This document shows, one piece after another, positions 27,054 to 34,215 of a stretch of DNA of 64,000 nucleotides; position 1 is the first letter of the stretch, and the number at the start of each line of letters is the position of its first letter. This DNA is from an uncultured Christensenella sp. (GTDB lineage: Bacteria; Bacillota; Clostridia; Christensenellales; UBA1750): positions 1,988-65,987 of the forward strand of contig CAOKIU010000004.1 in the NCBI GenBank assembly GCA_948468595.1. The letters are read 5' to 3'. A model generated the notes under the pieces. It was not told the origin of the DNA and did not search any database. It saw only the letters and a program-made list of their open reading frames with translations. Position numbers and translations under genes: made by a program.

Positions 27054-28034
27054 ATGCGCGTGCGCAAGAGGCTTTTTTGCGGGAATCAAACCCGCCCAAG
27101 GGCTTTGGCGAAATCCGGCTGGCTGTATGCGCTTACGGCGGTGCTGTGCGCAGCGCTGCTGTTTGCAACGCCGAGACTTTTCGCCCAGCGCACCCAGCCC
27201 CTTGCGCCCTCAAGCGACGCGGGACTGTTCTCCTGGAGCGCGGAGGAGGTCAATAAGACCGATGGAAAGCTCTTCTCCCTGATGAAACAGGAAAAACTGA
27301 ATGTTTTGTACCAAAGTTTTTCCGACAAGAACAGCCGGCAGGAGCAGATGTCCATCTTTGTGGAGACGGCGATGGAGGAGGGCATAAAGGTCTATCACCT
27401 GACCGGGGACCCCTCCTGGGGAACGGACCCAAAGGGAGAGAGGCTCTGCCAGGCCGTGGAGGAGGCGAACGCCTATAACCGCCGGATCAAGCGAAAGTTC
27501 CTGGAGCGGCGGGAGAAGGACGGCCAAAGGTGGAAAGAAATTCCGCAGCTTGCGGGGATTGTCTTTGATGTGGAGCCCTACATCCTGAAGGAGTGGGATA
27601 AAGATCCGGAAAAGGTTATGAACAGCTTTGTCTCCGGGATGAAAGCCGCATACGCTCTGGCGCAGGACTATGGATTGGAAGTCATCGTCTGCGTGCCCTG
27701 GCACTATGATCAAAACGGGCAGCAGGGAGGCTTGGAGGAGCTGATCAAGAGCGGCTGCGACAGCATCGCGGTGATGAACTATTATCGCGGTTCGGAAATC
27801 AAAAACATCGCCACGGAAGTGGAATTGGTGAAGAAATACTGCAAGGGGCTCATCACCATCTATGAGCTGCAAGAGGCGGACGGCCGAGGCGTGAGGGAAA
27901 TCAACACCTACGCAGGCTGCGGGCTTGACGCCGTGAAAAAGAACTACGATGGCGTCAGGGAGGCCTATCCGGAGCAAAGGATCTCCCTGGCCTATCACGA
28001 TTACCGGGCCTTGAAGGGAATGTTGGAAAGGTGA
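27054..28034 (+). CDS. Membrane-anchored extracytoplasmic TIM-barrel-like protein, putative glycoside hydrolase-like (DxE motif)
   Basis: Start uncertain (ATG at 27009 or 27054, both in frame with ORF 26937..28034). Basic head plus one TM (WLYALTAVLCAALLFATPRLF). The body alternates hydrophobic strands and helices and carries LAGIVFDVEPY, which resembles the GH18-type DxxDxDxE strand. The stop overlaps the next gene's GTG. Confidence 0.6.
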   Translation: MRVRKRLFCGNQTRPRALAKSGWLYALTAVLCAALLFATPRLFAQRTQPLAPSSDAGLFSWSAEEVNKTDGKLFSLMKQEKLNVLYQSFSDKNSRQEQMSIFVETAMEEGIKVYHLTGDPSWGTDPKGERLCQAVEEANAYNRRIKRKFLERREKDGQRWKEIPQLAGIVFDVEPYILKEWDKDPEKVMNSFVSGMKAAYALAQDYGLEVIVCVPWHYDQNGQQGGLEELIKSGCDSIAVMNYYRGSEIKNIATEVELVKKYCKGLITIYELQEADGRGVREINTYAGCGLDAVKKNYDGVREAYPEQRISLAYHDYRALKGMLER

Positions 28035-28726
28035 ATGAAGTTCTTCGGCAGGAGAGGAAGTTTCTCATCGGCCTGCCTGACTACTATCAGTTCAGCGGCA
28101 ATCTGGCCAAGGTCATGATGGAGGACCCGCACAACCGCGGCGACGGATACCCCATCCGCTCCCTCTACTTTGACTCGCTGGAGGACCGGGACTTTCAGGA
28201 GAAGCTGGACGGCGTATCGATTCGCCGCAAGATCCGCCTAAGGTGCTACGGCCCGGGCAGCGACTTTGCCCTGCTGGAGGTCAAGCAAAAAGAGGCGAAC
28301 CTGCAAAAAAAGCGCTCCCTGCGCCTTCCGCGCGCGGCGGCCGCCCGCCTGACCCAGGGGGATTACAGCCCGCTGCTGACCTGCCCGGAGCCCCTGGCCC
28401 AGGAATGCTACGCCCTGATGAACATCCATGCCTACCGGCCCCGCTCCGTGGTGGAATACCGCCGGAGGGCTTTCATTGCCAAGGAGAACAAGATCCGCGT
28501 CACCTTTGATCACCACATCGTGGGGACGGAGAGCCATTACGATATTTTTGACAGTGCGCTCAACCAATACCCCCTTCAGGACCCGTCGCTGGTGGTGCTG
28601 GAGGTCAAGTACAACGGCTTTCTGCTGAGCTATATCAAGGATATGCTCCGCGATTGTGCGACCGGCGAAATATCCGTCAGCAAATACGGCCTGAGCCGGT
28701 CGGTCAGCAAGCACATTGATTTTTAA
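28031..28726 (+). CDS. VTC-domain (CYTH/triphosphate-tunnel, polyphosphate-polymerase-like) protein
   Basis: GTG at 28031 overlaps the upstream stop (GTGA). Tunnel-type alternating charged strands: QERKFLI, IRSLYFDS, IRRKIRLRCY, LLEVKQKE, VEYRRRAFI, IRVTFDHHI, VVLEVKYNG. No TM segment. Confidence 0.75.
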   Translation: MNEVLRQERKFLIGLPDYYQFSGNLAKVMMEDPHNRGDGYPIRSLYFDSLEDRDFQEKLDGVSIRRKIRLRCYGPGSDFALLEVKQKEANLQKKRSLRLPRAAAARLTQGDYSPLLTCPEPLAQECYALMNIHAYRPRSVVEYRRRAFIAKENKIRVTFDHHIVGTESHYDIFDSALNQYPLQDPSLVVLEVKYNGFLLSYIKDMLRDCATGEISVSKYGLSRSVSKHIDF

Positions 28727-28744
28727 ATCTAGGAGACATAGACC

Positions 28745-29422
28745 ATGAGAGAGTATCTAGCCCAGATCATCGCGGAAAGCGGGAGCCTCACTGCGCAGGA
28801 GGTCGTGCTGCATATCGCCGCCTCGGCGGTGCTGAGCATCGCCATTTACGTTTCCTACTGGTATACCCATGCGGGCACGGCCTACAGCAAAAAATTCAAT
28901 GTGTCGCTCATGACCCTCACCGTCCTTACCGCCACCGTTATGACGGTCATCGGCAACAACATCGCCCTGTCCCTTGGCATGGTGGGCGCGCTGTCCATCG
29001 TGCGCTTCCGCACGGCCATCAAGGACTCCAGGGACACGGCCTACATCTTCTGGACCATTATTGTGGGCATCTGCTGCGGCGTGGGGGACTACCTGGTGGC
29101 CGGCGTGGGCACGGCCGTGGTGTTTATCATCCTGATGGTCCTGGGCCGGGTGCGGAATGAAAACCGCATTTTGCTCATCATTCGGGGCGCGAAGGAGAGA
29201 AGCGCGGACATGGAGCGCCTGGTCTTCTCCTATTTTAACAAGCGCGCCCTCTTGCGCGTGCGCAACACCACGGCGGAGCATGTGGAGCTGATCTACGAGA
29301 TGCCCCGGCGGATCTGGCAGTTAAACTACCGCAAGGATGTGGATATTTCCGACGCGCTGTACGCCCTGGGCGGCACGGAGTATGTAAACACCGTGACCCA
29401 GAGCGACGAGATTAGCGGGTGA
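28745..29422 (+). CDS. DUF4956-like polytopic membrane protein
   Basis: TAGGAGA RBS. About five hydrophobic segments (VVLHIAASAVLSIAIYVSYWY, VSLMTLTVLTATVMTVIG, LGMVGALSIVRF, AYIFWTIIVGICCGVG, LVAGVGTAVVFIILMVLG) plus a ~90-aa soluble tail. Family assignment is from memory of the VTC/DUF4956/CotH neighbourhood. Confidence 0.65.
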   Translation: MREYLAQIIAESGSLTAQEVVLHIAASAVLSIAIYVSYWYTHAGTAYSKKFNVSLMTLTVLTATVMTVIGNNIALSLGMVGALSIVRFRTAIKDSRDTAYIFWTIIVGICCGVGDYLVAGVGTAVVFIILMVLGRVRNENRILLIIRGAKERSADMERLVFSYFNKRALLRVRNTTAEHVELIYEMPRRIWQLNYRKDVDISDALYALGGTEYVNTVTQSDEISG

Positions 29423-30963
29423 CGGCCGTGCGGCGCGGCATGGTGGTCATGGCGGGCGTGGCGGCGTGCATCCTGCTGCTGTCCCTCCTGTTTCAGGACA
29501 TGGGAGACCGAACGGGCGTGATGCGGTATCAGCAGCACCGCGCGCAGCCATCGGAAGAGGAGCTGGGCCGCTGCGCGGTTTGCGGCGGAGCGGGGCAGCT
29601 GTGCACCCATCTGCCCATCATCCGCATTGAGACGGGCGGCAAGACCATTCCGGGACGCCCCTATGAGGGAGAGAACGGCGATACGGCGGGCTATTACGCA
29701 GGGGAAGACGGGGAGGAGGAAATCTTAGTCCGGTTTTCCACGGTGTCGGAGGAGGGCGTTTGGCACCACGCGGACGATGCCGCAACCGAGGAAGGCGAGG
29801 CCCTTTTCCGCTACCGGGGCAACAGCTCCCGCTGGTTTGCCAAGGGCAACTTCCGCCTCAGAACCGTGGAGGATGGAAACCCGGAGCAAAGCCGGAAAAT
29901 GGGTCTGCTGGGGATGAAGAGCGGCAAGGAATGGTCCCTGCACGGACCCTTTTTGGACAAGACGCTGATGCGGAACTACCTTTGCATGAACCTCTCGGCG
30001 GAGGTGACGGGCGAATGGACGCCGGACGTGCGCTTTTGCGAGGTGCTGCTGGACGGGGAGTATCAGGGCGTCTACCTGCTGACGGAGACCATCGACGTGG
30101 ATGAAAACCGGCTGGCCCTGCACGAGTATGCGCCGGGGGACCCGGTGATGAGCTACCTGGTCCGCATTGAACCCCGCACCAACCCGGAAAAGGTGTTGGA
30201 CAATTTCACCCTCTACTCCTACCGGATGGAGCCGGGGCGGAATTTGGAGCTCTTGTACCCGGGGACCATCAACCAAACCCAGCAAGTGCGCTCCTACGTT
30301 CAGGCCGACTTCAACGAGGTGGAGCGGATGCTCTATTCCGTGGAGATGCTGGACGGCTCCGACGCCTGGCAACAGGTATTGGACATGGATTCCTTTGTGG
30401 ATTACTATATCCTGATGGAGTTTTTCGGAATCAACGATACCTTTGGCGCCTCGACCTACTTTTACCGGGATGCCCGGGGCAAGCTGTGCATCGGTCCGGT
30501 ATGGGATTACAACAATGCCCTTGACAACAACTTTTTGCGGCCTAGCTCCAGCCGCGAATTCCTGATCTCCCAGAGAGGGTGGTATGCAAAGCTGATGCAG
30601 GACGAGGATTTTGTGGAGCGGGTGATCACCCGCGACCGGGATTTGCGCAAGGGCGTTCTTTCCGAGGCGCGCCGTGTTGCCGATGAAAAGGAGGTGCAGG
30701 CGTGGCTGGGCAGCGCCGTGGACCGCAACTTCTCCGTCTGGGGCTATTCGTTTAACCCGGATATGCTCACGAGCCACGAGCGCCATCGGCCTTATCCGGA
30801 AAGCGGCGAAACCCTGCGGGATGTGAACCCCTCCAGCTATGAGGAGGCGGTGGAATGGATGATGGAGTACATGATCGACCGGGGGCAGTGGATGGATGAC
30901 CACATCGAATCCCTGCGGCAATACAGCCACCCCTCCAGGGTTGCCAATCAGACGCTGGGGTAG
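29419..30963 (+). CDS. CotH-family atypical kinase, N-terminally membrane-anchored
   Basis: GTG overlaps the DUF4956 stop (GTGA). Signal anchor RRGMVVMAGVAACILLLSLLF. CotH blocks FRYRGNSSRWFAKGNFRL, WSLHGPFLDKTLMRNYL, CEVLLDGEYQGVYLLTE, FYRDARGKLCIGPVWDYNNALDN. Confidence 0.8.
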   Translation: MTAVRRGMVVMAGVAACILLLSLLFQDMGDRTGVMRYQQHRAQPSEEELGRCAVCGGAGQLCTHLPIIRIETGGKTIPGRPYEGENGDTAGYYAGEDGEEEILVRFSTVSEEGVWHHADDAATEEGEALFRYRGNSSRWFAKGNFRLRTVEDGNPEQSRKMGLLGMKSGKEWSLHGPFLDKTLMRNYLCMNLSAEVTGEWTPDVRFCEVLLDGEYQGVYLLTETIDVDENRLALHEYAPGDPVMSYLVRIEPRTNPEKVLDNFTLYSYRMEPGRNLELLYPGTINQTQQVRSYVQADFNEVERMLYSVEMLDGSDAWQQVLDMDSFVDYYILMEFFGINDTFGASTYFYRDARGKLCIGPVWDYNNALDNNFLRPSSSREFLISQRGWYAKLMQDEDFVERVITRDRDLRKGVLSEARRVADEKEVQAWLGSAVDRNFSVWGYSFNPDMLTSHERHRPYPESGETLRDVNPSSYEEAVEWMMEYMIDRGQWMDDHIESLRQYSHPSRVANQTLG

Positions 30964-30977
30964 GAAGGAAAACGGGA

Positions 30978-33122
30978 ATGAGACGATTTGTAACAGCGGC
31001 GGTGCTGCTGTTGGCCATTGCCCTTGGCGCGTATTACGCCGTCTTCTACGGCGGGCTCTACCTGCGCCTTGGAAAGGGGGAGGCGGTGGACCTGCCCTTC
31101 CGCGCGGAGGGAACGGAGCTTCAGCGTTGGAACGGACAGGACTATGCCGCGCTGACCCTGCGCGGCGTGGATGTATCCGCCAGCATGCCGGGGCACTACG
31201 CCACCGCCTATGACGCCGGGGAGGAGGATTACCTCCGTTGGTTTGAGGCCATCGGCGAAATGGGGGCCAACGCCGTTCGGGCGACCAATGTGATGAACGA
31301 CGATTTTTACAACGCCCTTTATGCCTATAACACCACCCATGATCAGCCCTTGTACCTGCTTCAGGGCACCAACATCAGCGACGATGTGGGCGACGGCGCC
31401 AAGGACGCTTATGTCGATGGCTTTCTCGGCGCGCTGATTGAGGACGGCAAAAACCTGGTGGATATCGTCCACGGGCGGAAAAACCTTCCCGCCGTCGGGA
31501 TTCGGAGCGGCGGCGTGTACCGAAAGGACGTCTCCCCCTGGGTGGTGGGGTTTCTTGTGGGGACGGAGTGGTATCCCGATACCATCTCCTATACGGACCA
31601 CAGCACCATCCGATCCGGCGCTTTTGAGGGGACGTACTTCCAAACGACGGCCGATGCCACGCCCTTTGAGGCGGCGATGGCGCAAGTCATGGAGGCGATC
31701 ACCGCCTATGAGACGGATAAATACGGCGCGCAGCGGCCCATCGGGTTTCTCTGCGATCCTTCCTGCGACTTTCTCGAGTATGAGGAGGTCTACGCCCGCC
31801 AGCTGAGCAAGCACGCGCAGGCCGACCCGGAGCATGTCACGCCCACGCCCTCGATGGCGGCGGGATGCTTTGCCGCCTACCGGCTCTTCCATTTTTGCGA
31901 TACGTTTGCGCAGCGCCTTTCCAGCGCGCAGCAACAGGCCATTGCGCCGCTCCTTGAGGGACTGCCCACCGAACAGCCTTACGGCGGTTATCTTAAGCTG
32001 TTGACCCGATACCATACCATGCCGGTGCTGGCCGCAGGCTACGGCGTTTCCTCCAGCCGCGGCGCCGTGGTGCAGGATAAGGAGCCTCTGACGGAGAAGC
32101 AGCAGGGGGAGCGCTTGGTCGAAATCAGCCGGACGCTGGAGGACGACGGCTGGGCGGGGGGCTTCATCTCCACCTGGCAGGACGAATGGGAGCGCAGGAG
32201 CTGGAACACGGCCTTTGCCACAGTGCCAACGGAGAACTATCTTTGGCACGATTTGCAGACGGAAAGCCAGGGCTATGGCCTGATGGCTTTCGCCCCGGGG
32301 GCGCAGGCGACCTGCACCCTGGATGGGAACCCCGATGAGTGGACGGCCAAGGACCTCCTCCTGGAGCGGGACGGGCTGCGCCTGTCGGCCCGCTACGACG
32401 CCGAGGGCGTATACCTGCTGGTGGAAGGGATGGACCAGCAGGAGGCGCTTTACCTGCCCCTGGATGTGTCGCCGGAGGTGGGGAGCCGCTCCTCGGATCG
32501 CCCTGCGCTGACATTTGCGCGGGAGGCGGATCTTCTCCTCTGCATTGACGGGGCGGAAGACACCCGGCTGCTGGTGCAAGAGCGCTTCGACCCCCTGCGG
32601 GAGCGGTTTCTCAACGAGACAGAGGGCGTGGACCCCTTTCTGTACTTCCCAAAGAAGGAGAGCAAATCCTTTGTGTCCCTGGGCATGGCGATGCAAAACA
32701 CCCTGCTGGTGGAGGAGCTCAACCCCAAGACCCGCGCCCTTCAGCGCCTGAAGGTGTGGGAGACGGGAAAGCTGGTCCACGGAAACGGGGACAGCCAATC
32801 GGCGGAGTATAACTCTCTGGCCGACTTCTGCTTTGGAGAGGGGTGCGTGGAGATTCGCCTCCCTTGGCTGCTGCTGAACGTGGGCGACCCTTCCTCCATG
32901 ATGGTCCATCGGGACTATTACGCGCATTATGGCGTGGAGTTTCAGTCGGTTGAGAGGATTTGGATTGGGATGGCCCGTCAGGGCGACCAGGGCGAGATTC
33001 CCATGGAGGCGCTGCGGCTCAGGGGCTGGAAGCGCGTAGAGTACCGGGAGCGGCTGAAGGAGAGCTACTACGTCGTGCAGGCGGCTTGGAAAGGGGGCGG
33101 CCAGAATGCAGCTTCCGGTTAA
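30978..33122 (+). CDS. Membrane-anchored 714-aa protein with clan GH-A-like TIM-barrel region and C-terminal beta-rich domains, function unknown
   Basis: GGAAGGAAAA RBS. Signal anchor AAVLLLAIALGAYYAVFYGGLYL. LRGVDVSASMPGHY..YLRWFEAIGEMGANAVRATNV..VVGFLVGTEWYP..VLAAGYGVSSSRG..GGFISTWQDEW. Confidence 0.65.
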   Translation: MRRFVTAAVLLLAIALGAYYAVFYGGLYLRLGKGEAVDLPFRAEGTELQRWNGQDYAALTLRGVDVSASMPGHYATAYDAGEEDYLRWFEAIGEMGANAVRATNVMNDDFYNALYAYNTTHDQPLYLLQGTNISDDVGDGAKDAYVDGFLGALIEDGKNLVDIVHGRKNLPAVGIRSGGVYRKDVSPWVVGFLVGTEWYPDTISYTDHSTIRSGAFEGTYFQTTADATPFEAAMAQVMEAITAYETDKYGAQRPIGFLCDPSCDFLEYEEVYARQLSKHAQADPEHVTPTPSMAAGCFAAYRLFHFCDTFAQRLSSAQQQAIAPLLEGLPTEQPYGGYLKLLTRYHTMPVLAAGYGVSSSRGAVVQDKEPLTEKQQGERLVEISRTLEDDGWAGGFISTWQDEWERRSWNTAFATVPTENYLWHDLQTESQGYGLMAFAPGAQATCTLDGNPDEWTAKDLLLERDGLRLSARYDAEGVYLLVEGMDQQEALYLPLDVSPEVGSRSSDRPALTFAREADLLLCIDGAEDTRLLVQERFDPLRERFLNETEGVDPFLYFPKKESKSFVSLGMAMQNTLLVEELNPKTRALQRLKVWETGKLVHGNGDSQSAEYNSLADFCFGEGCVEIRLPWLLLNVGDPSSMMVHRDYYAHYGVEFQSVERIWIGMARQGDQGEIPMEALRLRGWKRVEYRERLKESYYVVQAAWKGGGQNAASG

Positions 33123-34215
33123 GGGCGTAATTTACTTTTACATGTTCATTTGCGTCGCCCTGTTGGTGTTTAACCTGCTCTATATCTGCCGCGCCGATCA
33201 CGTCAAGCGGCGGCAGCAGCGCAAAAGCCAGCGCTGGGAGGCGTATCTGGACGGCGTGAAGAAGGGCGGAAAGCCCGCATGGAGCCGGAGAAAGCTGTTT
33301 CGCATGCTGCGCAACAGTCAGGAGCTCATGGCCCTCTATGCGGCCGCAGAGGGCCGGGACCAGGCGGAGATCGAGGCCGTCTTTCGGCAAAATCGCTCGC
33401 TGTTTGTGGAACTGGCGCAGGATTACGGGAAGAAGGCCCCCATGGAGCGAGCCTTTTTCGCCTATGTGATCGCCGCCTTTTATCCGGCCGTAGGGGACAA
33501 GCAGGACCCGCTGCTGGAGATCCTTCTCCGCTACCTGGATGACTCCACAGTATACTGCCGGGAAAATGTGCTCCACGCCCTGTATACTTTGGGAAACATG
33601 CAGGCGGTGGAGCACGCCTTCGTCCTGATGAGCCAGCGGGAGTGGTATCACGACCCCAGGCTCCTGGCCGATGGGCTGAACCGGTTTCAGGGGGAGCGGG
33701 AGAAGCTGGCCGGCAGGCTTTGGAGCCGCAGAAGGGATCTGATCGAGTGTTACCAATCGGGCGCCATTCGCTTTGCCGACGCGCTGCCCGGGGACGATTT
33801 TGTAGAGGACTTCCTGGAGGCGCTCAAGACCGAGACGCTTCCCACGGAGACGCAGTTTGCGCTGGTGCGGTATTTTCGCCGCCATGCCGACCCGCGCGCA
33901 AAACCGGAGCTGCTTAGGCTGCTAAAGGAGCAGGTGGAGGGAAGGCGGGAGCTGGCCATCGCCGCGGCCGCGGCCCTCTCCTCTTATCCGGACGGGGAAA
34001 CCCGGCAGGCCCTCAAAGAGGCGCTCCGCAGCCGCAATTGGTATGTGCGGCAGAACGCGGCCCGCTCCTTAAAGGCGATGGGCGCCACCTGGGAGGAAAT
34101 TCAGGCCGAAATAAAGGGAGACCGATACGCGACGGAGATGCTGGAATACGTCTATGGCGTCCAGCCTGCCGGGGCGCAAGGCGGAAAGGAAAGCGAGGTG
34201 CATAAGGCGGTATGA
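33106..34215 (+). CDS. Membrane-anchored HEAT/PBS-lyase-repeat protein
   Basis: The ATG overlaps the upstream gene by 17 nt. One N-terminal TM (VIYFYMFICVALLVFNLLYI) followed by basic residues. Helical repeats ending ...LAIAAAAALSSYPDGETRQALKEALRSRNWYVRQNAARSLKAMG. Confidence 0.7.
   Translation: MQLPVKGVIYFYMFICVALLVFNLLYICRADHVKRRQQRKSQRWEAYLDGVKKGGKPAWSRRKLFRMLRNSQELMALYAAAEGRDQAEIEAVFRQNRSLFVELAQDYGKKAPMERAFFAYVIAAFYPAVGDKQDPLLEILLRYLDDSTVYCRENVLHALYTLGNMQAVEHAFVLMSQREWYHDPRLLADGLNRFQGEREKLAGRLWSRRRDLIECYQSGAIRFADALPGDDFVEDFLEALKTETLPTETQFALVRYFRRHADPRAKPELLRLLKEQVEGRRELAIAAAAALSSYPDGETRQALKEALRSRNWYVRQNAARSLKAMGATWEEIQAEIKGDRYATEMLEYVYGVQPAGAQGGKESEVHKAV

Noticed and set aside
29725-33885. 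401-, 659- and 288-aa minus-strand ORFs inside the envelope operon
   Set aside because: Antisense to the CotH, 714-aa and HEAT frames. His/Arg/Gly/Pro-rich with no start signals. Accepting them would break a tightly coupled same-strand operon.
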